Assembly: GCA_045634485.1 (NCBI GenBank)
Contig: JAZRAJ010000091.1
Location: 166 to 64,165 of the forward strand
DNA: 64,000 nucleotides
DNA from: Eubacteriales bacterium
GTDB lineage: Bacteria > Bacillota > Clostridia > Oscillospirales > CAG-272
Reading direction: 5' to 3'
The notes beneath the pieces were generated by a model. That model was not told the DNA's origin. It saw only the letters and a program-made list of their open reading frames with translations, and did not search any database. This document shows, piece after piece, positions 22,471-29,720 of the stretch (position 1 is its first letter; every line of letters starts with the position of its first letter). Both the position numbers and the translations under genes were made by a program.

Positions 22471-23691
22471 ATGGCAACTAAAAAACTATTAACTAACGGA
22501 AATGCATTCAAGCGGACTGACGGTCGGTGGGGCGGTACTGTTTGGTTTATGGATGAGTCGGGCGAGCGTAAGCGAAAGAGTTTTTCGGGTACGACCAAGC
22601 AAGAGGTAAACAAGAAAATGACCGCCTATATTGAAGATTTTAACAATGAAATTGAAAACTTAATCGAGGCGAACAAGACGCTCAAAGAGAGTATGACGAA
22701 TTGGTTGCAAGTTTTCAAATTTCCGTCGATCGAGCGCACAACATACGATAGGTATGAGTGTACTGCAATCAATCAAATATACCCATTGATTGGGGAGAAA
22801 ACGGTCGGAAATATTTCTTCTGCCGACATTAAAAAAGTCCTCAATCATTGGATGAATGAGGGCTATGCCTATACAACGGTTAAAAAGGCGCACGTTATTC
22901 TCGGCGAGTATTTTAAATACTTGACTCAACAAGAGCTGATAAATAAAAATCCTATGCTATCCGCGCCGATGATTAAAAAGAGTAATTTTTATGCGATTCA
23001 AGAAAAGGAAGAATTGCCGACAGCCGAAAGCATTACGATTTTTACATCGGAAGAAATAGAAAAATTAAAGGCGGAAGCAGCGAAATCATACGCAACCGGA
23101 AAGAAGCTTTACCGCCAAGCAGGGGCGTATATTCTTATGCTCAACACGGGCTTGCGAGCTGGCGAGATGTTGGGCGTTTTGAACGCAGATATTGACATTG
23201 AGAGGCGAGTTTTACATCTTCAAAGGGGAGTAAAGGTTGTAAACAAACGCAACGGTGTGGAGCTTATTGACGGCTCTGTTGAGGTTAAGGTCGGCAAGCT
23301 AAAAAGTGCGACGAGCAAACGAGATATTCCGCTAAATGATGTCGCAATTCAAATGATAAAGGAGTTGCGAGAGGAGTTTTATTTCGGCGAGGATAGTCCG
23401 CTGATTTGCGACGAGAATGGAAATTACACCAAACCCGACGTGCTCAGACGGAGATTCCACCGACTTCTCGACGGAGCGGGGATAGAGAGTAGGGGTCTGC
23501 ACGCGCTACGCCATACCTTTGCGACCAACCTCGTCAACGGAGTAAGGCAACCTGACGGAACGATTAAGGCTCTGACCGTCAGACAAGTCGCCGACCTGCT
23601 CGGACACTCAACAACGCAGGTGACCGAGATGTATTATGTGAAAAAGGATACAAGTATGCTCACTGGCATCACTAATGACTTCTGCCTATAA
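22471..23691 (+). CDS. int: tyrosine integrase with N-terminal arm-binding domain (406 aa); copy 3 of 3, adjacent to the intact tRNA
   Basis: AAGGAGG RBS. Same motifs as copy 2. The stop codon is 261 bp from the tRNA-Trp 3' end. Confidence 0.93.
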   Translation: MATKKLLTNGNAFKRTDGRWGGTVWFMDESGERKRKSFSGTTKQEVNKKMTAYIEDFNNEIENLIEANKTLKESMTNWLQVFKFPSIERTTYDRYECTAINQIYPLIGEKTVGNISSADIKKVLNHWMNEGYAYTTVKKAHVILGEYFKYLTQQELINKNPMLSAPMIKKSNFYAIQEKEELPTAESITIFTSEEIEKLKAEAAKSYATGKKLYRQAGAYILMLNTGLRAGEMLGVLNADIDIERRVLHLQRGVKVVNKRNGVELIDGSVEVKVGKLKSATSKRDIPLNDVAIQMIKELREEFYFGEDSPLICDENGNYTKPDVLRRRFHRLLDGAGIESRGLHALRHTFATNLVNGVRQPDGTIKALTVRQVADLLGHSTTQVTEMYYVKKDTSMLTGITNDFCL

Positions 23692-23914
23692 TGACTCAAA
23701 AATTGCGTCGGAGTAAGCAAAGAAAAAGGTGACCGCAGAAAACGAAAATCTGCGGTCTCCTTGATGCTCTTTTGACGCTCATGATACTTTTTTGATGCTG
23801 TACTGTACGGAAATAGTGGCACACAATGTGATAAATGGCACGATTGTGCTTTCGTGTTGATTGAGAAAACGGTTGAAAAAGTAGATAGAAAACCGCTTTT
23901 GTACAGAAAAACAC

Positions 23915-23948
23915 AGAAAAAAAGAAAACCGAAGCCTTTCGACTTCGG
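23915..23948 (-). terminator. intrinsic terminator of tRNA-Trp, supplied by island A sequence
   Basis: Minus strand reads CCGAAG-TCGAAAGG-CTTCGG, followed by TTTTCTTTTTTT, starting 4 nt after the CCA end. Confidence 0.7.
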
Positions 23949-23952
23949 TTAT

Positions 23953-24028
23953 TGGCAGGGGCGGGAGGACTCGAACCCGCGACCCACGGTTTTGGAGACC
24001 GGTACTCTACCAACTGAGCTACACCCCT
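23953..24028 (-). tRNA. trnW: tRNA-Trp (anticodon CCA), 76 nt with encoded CCA
   Basis: Reverse complement is AGGGGTGTAGCTCAGTTGGTAGAGTACCGGTCTCCAAAACCGTGGGTCGCGGGTTCGAGTCCTCCCGCCCCTGCCA. Acceptor stem AGGGGTG/CGCCCCT. Anticodon loop CU-CCA-AA. T-loop TTCGAGT. Discriminator G. Confidence 0.93.
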
Positions 24029-24040
24029 GTGCACTTGACT

Positions 24041-24069
24041 ATTATATCACATTCTTTTCTATTTTGCAA
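24041..24069 (-). promoter_or_regulatory. tRNA-Trp promoter
   Basis: Minus strand reads TTGCAA (24064-24069), 17 nt, TATAAT (24041-24046), about 12 nt upstream of the tRNA 5' end. Confidence 0.65.
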
Positions 24070-24182
24070 GTCTTTTTTTGAAAAAAATTGCATTTTCTTT
24101 TATTTTTATTCGATTTTCTTTTAATATCTATGATTTTTTGCCTTTTGAAACAATAAATTTTAATTTCTCCCTATTTAATATA

Positions 24183-24211
24183 TTGATTTTTCTCTCTTTT
24201 TATGTTATACT
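24183..24211 (+). promoter_or_regulatory. metF promoter
   Basis: TTGATT, 17 nt, TATACT. The leader is only ~40 nt. Confidence 0.5.
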
Positions 24212-24253
24212 TTTTTTATTACTTTAATATAGTAAAGCTTTTTGGAGGCTCTT

Positions 24254-25129
24254 ATGAAGCTTATTGAACTTTTTAATCAAGACAAGATGCATCTTTCCTT
24301 TGAGGTTTTTCCCCCGAAAACCTCTACCGCCTTTGACAGTGTAAAGCATGCGACCGAAGAAATTGCAAAGCTTTCTCCGTCCTTTGTCAGTGTTACCTAC
24401 GGTGCGGGCGGCGGTACGAGTCGCTACACTCTTGAAATTGCCGAAAATATAAAGAAGAACTACGACGTTCCCACTCTTGCTCATCTTACCTGTGTTTCCT
24501 CGACCAAGGAAACCGTACGTGAGCGCATAGAGCAGATTCACTCTGCGGGAATAGACAACATTATGGCTCTGCGCGGAGATCTTACACCTGAGCTTGAGGC
24601 TACCGACCGTTCAGCTTGGGCATACCGTCACGCAGTTGACCTTATTCGTGACATAAAAGAAAGCGGTTACGATTTTTGCATTGGTGGTGCTTGCTATCCC
24701 GAGGTACATCCCGAGAGTGCAAATCAAGCTGATGATATTAAATATCTTAAGGAAAAGGTTGATGCGGGTTGCTCATTTTTAACCACTCAGATGTTTTTTG
24801 ACAACAATTTGCTCTACAATTTTCTTTACAAGATACGCGAGGCGGGTATAACCGTGCCGATAATTCCGGGTATTATGCCTATTACTAATGCAAATCAGAT
24901 TGAGCGTGCGATAAAGCTTTCGGGCTCCTTTGTTCCTCAACGCTTTAAGGCGTTAGTTGACAAATTCGGTCACAATCCCGATGCTATGAAGCAGGCGGGA
25001 ATTGCCTATGCTACCGACCAGATAATCGATCTTTTTGCCAACGGAATACTCAACGTTCACGTTTACTCGATGAACAAGCCCGACGTTGCGGCAAGTATTC
25101 AGTCCAATCTTTCAAGTATTATAGGTTGA
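24254..25129 (+). CDS. metF: 5,10-methylenetetrahydrofolate reductase
   Basis: GGAGG RBS before ATG 24254. SFEVFPPKT, VTYGAGGGT and LAHLTC motifs of the MTHFR family. Confidence 0.9.
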   Translation: MKLIELFNQDKMHLSFEVFPPKTSTAFDSVKHATEEIAKLSPSFVSVTYGAGGGTSRYTLEIAENIKKNYDVPTLAHLTCVSSTKETVRERIEQIHSAGIDNIMALRGDLTPELEATDRSAWAYRHAVDLIRDIKESGYDFCIGGACYPEVHPESANQADDIKYLKEKVDAGCSFLTTQMFFDNNLLYNFLYKIREAGITVPIIPGIMPITNANQIERAIKLSGSFVPQRFKALVDKFGHNPDAMKQAGIAYATDQIIDLFANGILNVHVYSMNKPDVAASIQSNLSSIIG

Positions 25130-25135
25130 TTTAAA

Positions 25136-25732
25136 ATGGCGTTGACCTTAGTAAAAACCTACGCCTTACCACCGATAGACAGGCGTGAGGTGCTTCGCTA
25201 TGCGGGTGTGCGTTCCCAAGGTGGGGAAACCGACGAGCTAAACTGTAGACTTGATGAGGCAATCTCCTTAGTAGAGAACAAGCTGAGTCCCCGTGTTTGC
25301 TACTGTGAGCTTGATGTGTCCGAGTGTGATTTTTGTGGCTCGGTTGATTTAAAAAGAAATCTTCGTAGCAGTCATTCGGTTATTATTTTTGCCTCTACTC
25401 TCGGAGTTGAGCTTGACCGACTTATATTTAAATATTCGGTGCTTTCGCCCGCTACGGCTCTTTTGCTTGAGGCGTTGGGCAACGAGCGCATTGAGGCACT
25501 GTGCGACACCTTTAACGAGGATATGCGTAAATTAAAGCTTACGCTTGGCGAGTCGCTCCGTCCTCGATTTAGTGCGGGCTACGGAGATTTACCGCTTGAA
25601 TATCAACGTAGGATTTTTGATATTCTTGATCCGCACACGCATATAGGGCTTACTCTTAACGATAGCCTACTTATGTCGCCCTCAAAGTCGGTTACGGCGT
25701 TGATTGGCGTTGAAAAAATAAAGGAAATATAA
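25136..25732 (+). CDS. stand-alone methionine synthase activation-domain-like protein
   Basis: RPRFSAGYGDLPL resembles the RxSxGYP motif of the MetH reactivation domain. Sits directly upstream of a MetH that lacks this domain. Confidence 0.6.
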   Translation: MALTLVKTYALPPIDRREVLRYAGVRSQGGETDELNCRLDEAISLVENKLSPRVCYCELDVSECDFCGSVDLKRNLRSSHSVIIFASTLGVELDRLIFKYSVLSPATALLLEALGNERIEALCDTFNEDMRKLKLTLGESLRPRFSAGYGDLPLEYQRRIFDILDPHTHIGLTLNDSLLMSPSKSVTALIGVEKIKEI

Positions 25733-25734
25733 AA

Positions 25735-28137
25735 ATGAAGCTTTTAGAACTTTTACAAAACAAAATTTTATATCTTGACGGTGGAATGGGTACGCTTTTG
25801 CAAAAGCGTGGACTCTCTGCGGGAGAACTTCCCGAGAGGTGGAATATTACTCACTCCGACGTTATCGTTGATATACACAAGGCATACCTTAACGCAGGCT
25901 CAAACGTAATAAGCACCAACACCTTTGGCGCAAATTCGCTTAAGTTCTCGGACGAGGAGCTTGATGAGATAATCAAGTCTGCGGTTGCCAATGCAAGGCG
26001 TGCTATCGAGCTTTCAAGTCAAGATACCGCCTTTGTGGCTCTTGACATCGGACCTACGGGTAAGATGCTCCGTCCCTATGGAGATCTTGACTTTGAGGAT
26101 GCGGTTTCGGTTTTCTCTCGTACCGTTGAGCTGGGTGTTAAGTATGGAGTTGACCTTATCTTTATTGAAACTATGAACGATTCCTACGAAACTAAGGCGG
26201 CTTTGCTTGCGGCAAAGGAATGCTCCGAGCTTCCCGTATTCGTTTCAAACGCTTACGGCGAGGACGGAAAGCTTATGACGGGTGCCGACCCTCTTACTAT
26301 GGTTGCACTTCTTGAGGGTATGGGTGCCGATGCGATTGGCGTTAACTGCTCGCAGGGTCCTTCGGCTCTTGCTCCTATCGTGCGTGAATATCTTAAATAT
26401 TCCTCGTTGCCTATAATTATGAAGGCGAATGCGGGGCTTCCCACGGCTCTAAACGGTGTTACCGTTTTTGATATTGACGAGAAGCAATTTGCCGACGAGG
26501 TTTCGATTTTGGCTAAGGAGGGCGTAAGAGCTTTAGGCGGGTGCTGTGGCACTACGCCCGCTCACATAGAGGCTCTCGTTAATGCTACTAAGGATATCGA
26601 GCCCGTAGAGATTAAAGAGAAAAATATATCGGTCGTTTCCTCGTATTGCCGTGCCGTTAGATTTGGCGAGCGCCCCGTGCTTATTGGCGAGCGCATAAAT
26701 CCCACGGGTAAGAAGCGTTTTAAGGAGGCTTTGCGCGCAGGGGATATCGATTATATTTTAAAGGAGGGAATTGCGCAGGAGGAAAAGGGTGCGCATATTC
26801 TTGACGTAAACGTTGGACTCCCCGAAATAGACGAGGTTCAGATGCTTCGCCGTGTTGCTTGTGAGCTTCAGGCAATTTCTCCCTTGCCCTTACAAATAGA
26901 TACCTCGGATGCCCTTGCTATGGAGGCGGCGCTTCGCCGTTACAACGGTAAGGCTATGATAAATTCGGTAAACGGTAAGCCCGAGAGCATGGCGGCGGTA
27001 TTTCCGCTTGTTAAAAAGTACGGCGGACTTGTTGTTGCCTTGACACTTGATGAATCAGGTATACCCGAAACGGCAGAGGGCAGACTTGAGATTGCTCGAC
27101 ACATTCTTTGCGAGGCGGAGAGCTACGGAATTTCCAAGAAGGATATAATTTTTGATCCGCTTGCGCTTACCGTAAGCGCTGATGATAATGCGGCAATTCA
27201 GACGCTTCGCGCGGTGGAAATGATAAAAAATGAGCTTGGTTGCCTTACCTCGCTTGGTGTTTCTAACGTTTCGTTTGGACTTCCGTCAAGAGAAACGGTT
27301 ACCGCTACGTTCTTTACTATGGCGCTTACAAGGGGCTTGTCGGCGGCTATAATGAACCCTTACTCAATTGATATGCAAAAGGCGTATTACTCGTACTTGG
27401 CTCTTTCGGGGCTTGACGCAAGCTGTGCAAAATATATTGAATTTGCCTCGGCACTTCCTATGCAGCAAAGCGCAACTCAAGCAGTGCAGGGCGTTGCAAC
27501 GGTAAATAGCGGGGAAGAATTTAAATCCGAGCTTCAGCGTGCGATAATTAAGGGTCTTTGCACCGATGCCGCAAGGCTTGCCTCGGAGCTTATTGCCTCG
27601 GGTATTTTGCTTCTTGACGTTGTTCAAAATGAGGTCATACCCGCTCTTGACACAGTTGGAGTCGGATTTGAGAAAAAGACGGTTTATCTGCCCTCGCTTC
27701 TTATGAGCGCAGAGGCAGCAAAGGCTGCGTTTGAGGTTGTTAAATCGCATATGCCCGCAGGCGAGGGTAATGCAAAATCGACGGTTGTTATTGCCACCGT
27801 TAAGGGCGATATTCACGATATCGGTAAAAATATCGTTAAGCTTTTGCTTGAAAATTACGGCTTTAACGTGGTTGACCTTGGACGTGACGTAGCCCCCTCG
27901 GCTATCGTTGATAAGACTGTTGAGCTTGGCGCTCCCGTGGTTGCCTTAAGCGCTCTTATGACGACGACTGTTCCCGCTATGGAGGAAACGATTAAGCTTC
28001 TTCGCATATCTGCCCCCTTTGCAAAAGTGGTAGTTGGCGGTGCGGTGCTTACTCAGGAATATGCAGATATGATTGGCGCCGATGCCTACGCTAAGGACGC
28101 TATGGGCGCTGTTAGGTATGTTGAGAGTATTGAATAA
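25735..28137 (+). CDS. metH: cobalamin-dependent methionine synthase (Hcy-binding, pterin-binding, cap and B12-binding modules; no activation domain)
   Basis: LYLDGGMGT and GGCCGTTPAHI (Hcy S-methyltransferase). ERINPTGKK (pterin-binding). GDIHDIGKNIV (DxHxxG B12 motif). Confidence 0.92.
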   Translation: MKLLELLQNKILYLDGGMGTLLQKRGLSAGELPERWNITHSDVIVDIHKAYLNAGSNVISTNTFGANSLKFSDEELDEIIKSAVANARRAIELSSQDTAFVALDIGPTGKMLRPYGDLDFEDAVSVFSRTVELGVKYGVDLIFIETMNDSYETKAALLAAKECSELPVFVSNAYGEDGKLMTGADPLTMVALLEGMGADAIGVNCSQGPSALAPIVREYLKYSSLPIIMKANAGLPTALNGVTVFDIDEKQFADEVSILAKEGVRALGGCCGTTPAHIEALVNATKDIEPVEIKEKNISVVSSYCRAVRFGERPVLIGERINPTGKKRFKEALRAGDIDYILKEGIAQEEKGAHILDVNVGLPEIDEVQMLRRVACELQAISPLPLQIDTSDALAMEAALRRYNGKAMINSVNGKPESMAAVFPLVKKYGGLVVALTLDESGIPETAEGRLEIARHILCEAESYGISKKDIIFDPLALTVSADDNAAIQTLRAVEMIKNELGCLTSLGVSNVSFGLPSRETVTATFFTMALTRGLSAAIMNPYSIDMQKAYYSYLALSGLDASCAKYIEFASALPMQQSATQAVQGVATVNSGEEFKSELQRAIIKGLCTDAARLASELIASGILLLDVVQNEVIPALDTVGVGFEKKTVYLPSLLMSAEAAKAAFEVVKSHMPAGEGNAKSTVVIATVKGDIHDIGKNIVKLLLENYGFNVVDLGRDVAPSAIVDKTVELGAPVVALSALMTTTVPAMEETIKLLRISAPFAKVVVGGAVLTQEYADMIGADAYAKDAMGAVRYVESIE

Positions 28138-28150
28138 CGTTATAAATAAT

Positions 28151-28240
28151 GCGGGGATGGAAGCTTCTTGAAAGAAGCTTTCCTTCCCCGTAACCCCATC
28201 CTTCAAGAACCTTGAAGTGAGGGGGATTTTTTTGTTTTTG
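28151..28240. repeat. double-hairpin REP/MITE-like element, copy 1
   Basis: GGGGATGGAAGCTTCTTGAAAGAAGCTTTCCTTCCCC plus CCCCATCCTTCAAGAACCTTGAAGTGAGGGGG. Same design as 37427-37502, 61329-61394 and 61616-61689. Confidence 0.75.
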
Positions 28241-28440
28241 TGAGGACGATATCTCATAGGTGGAAAGTTAACATCCACCACTATCGCACGAACCCCCAAA
28301 GTTCGCAAGCTTACTTCGGGGAACCCCGCGGTGGTCCCCCTTCTCTCACAAGAGAAGGCTATATGTGCGAATATTATCTGTTCGCCCGTTTGCATCAAAT
28401 TAAATTGAAACGATATTTGAGCGCATTATGTAATAAAAAA

Positions 28441-28492
28441 ACTTCCCTTTCAGGAAGTTTTTTGGTGTTACCTTTTTTTCAAAAAAGGTAAC
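28441..28492. terminator. two bidirectional terminator hairpins between convergent metH and the GH20 gene
   Basis: A7-ACTTCC-ctttca-GGAAGT-T6, then GTTACC-T7-c-A6-GGTAAC. Confidence 0.7.
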
Positions 28493-28515
28493 GAAAAATA
28501 CTTAATACAAGCTAA

Positions 28516-29700
28516 CTACCCCATAGCCTCGCCCGATGCGAGGAGGTAGGGGGTAATGTTATCAAGAATTTCGTCGGGAGATTCAGCCGAGGGCTTGTCG
28601 CACCAAAGGCAGAAGGCACCGCCGTATATTTTGTGCTTGGCGGGGTCAACTCTAAAACGAGAGGTGGGCGAGTCGAAAACGTAGGCGCTCCAATCGTTTT
28701 TTAGCTGAGAGGGAGTAATACCGCTCTTCATACCCGAGCCGAGAACGTAGTAGGTGTAAAAGTTTAGGAGATTGTAGATTTTGTAGCCCTCGTCAAGGTA
28801 GGTAAATACGTTGTTTTTTGCGCCGTTTGCGTAGGGCATCCAAAACTCGATATCGATGCTTTTATCAAGCTCAACAACACGCCTCCAATCGGTGTCGCCA
28901 CTCCTAAGAACATCATCGTTCCACATACGCACCGAGGTGTAGCCAAGCGAGCGCATAAGACCTGCGCTTTCATTCATATATAACAAAAACGCATCGTAGG
29001 CAGCGGCTTTTTCGTTGCCCGTTTTGTTTTGTGCAAGTGATTGCCAATGGTCAAGGCTCTGCCATTTTGAGTAGGAATCGTCGATATTTTCTCCAAAGCC
29101 CAAAAGCTCGTCGCCTCCGATATCAAAGGATTTAGCGCCAAGAGAATGGAAAAGCTCGCCGTATTCAATTAAAAGTGCGTGCGCAAATCTAACTGCCTCG
29201 GGATTTGAAATATCTATTCCGCGAGAGAATCGCCTTTGCGCATCCTCGCCCGGAATACTCGAGCCCTGAACTATCGAGCGCTTGCCGTTTTTGTGGAAAT
29301 AATTTCCGATATCCGTACCGTAATGCTCGTTATATCTTTTAACCGCATAATTCATATGCCCGGGGGAGTCAAAGGAAGGAATAAGGTCTATTTTGTAATC
29401 GCTTGCAATCGAGGCGATATAGCGCATTTCCTCCTGAGTGAGAAATTTTTTATCGTTTTCTGCTTCTCCGTTTGCCGCACCGTGAACGCAAAGCGTGTGA
29501 TCGCCACCCGCAAGCCACGGAAATTGCTTTGATTCAAGTCTAAGCCCCATTTCCTCGGAGAAGTGGAGGTAAAGGGTGTTCAGCCCCGCAAGCCTTAGCG
29601 TGGGAATCATTTTTTCAAACCATTTCGGAGAAAAATATTTTCTTCCGCAATCAAGAAAAAATGCACGCTCATCTACGTTGTAAATAGTGTTTTTACTCAT
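28516..29700 (-). CDS. glycoside hydrolase family 20 (beta-N-acetylhexosaminidase-like)
   Basis: FDSPGHMNYA and FDIGGDE catalytic-region motifs. TIM-barrel-size protein of 394 aa. Confidence 0.8.
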   Translation of the reverse strand: MSKNTIYNVDERAFFLDCGRKYFSPKWFEKMIPTLRLAGLNTLYLHFSEEMGLRLESKQFPWLAGGDHTLCVHGAANGEAENDKKFLTQEEMRYIASIASDYKIDLIPSFDSPGHMNYAVKRYNEHYGTDIGNYFHKNGKRSIVQGSSIPGEDAQRRFSRGIDISNPEAVRFAHALLIEYGELFHSLGAKSFDIGGDELLGFGENIDDSYSKWQSLDHWQSLAQNKTGNEKAAAYDAFLLYMNESAGLMRSLGYTSVRMWNDDVLRSGDTDWRRVVELDKSIDIEFWMPYANGAKNNVFTYLDEGYKIYNLLNFYTYYVLGSGMKSGITPSQLKNDWSAYVFDSPTSRFRVDPAKHKIYGGAFCLWCDKPSAESPDEILDNITPYLLASGEAMG

Positions 29701-29720
29701 TTTTTATAAATTTTATAATT

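Larger units (their letters stand above)
16829..23952. mobile_element. island A (~7.1 kb) carrying AbiE, the HelD-like helicase and an integrase
   Basis: Lies between the 45-bp repeat at 16784-16828 and the identical core inside the intact tRNA-Trp. Confidence 0.85.

Noticed and set aside
16829-23952. Prophage, phage satellite or ICE interpretation of the islands
   Set aside because: No capsid, terminase, primase/replicase, relaxase or conjugation genes are present. Each island has only an integrase plus cargo, so they are described as small integrative (possibly mobilisable) islands.
24212-24253. S-box/T-box leaders for metF-metH and metG
   Set aside because: The leaders are only ~40 nt, too short for these riboswitch classes, and no conserved boxes were seen.
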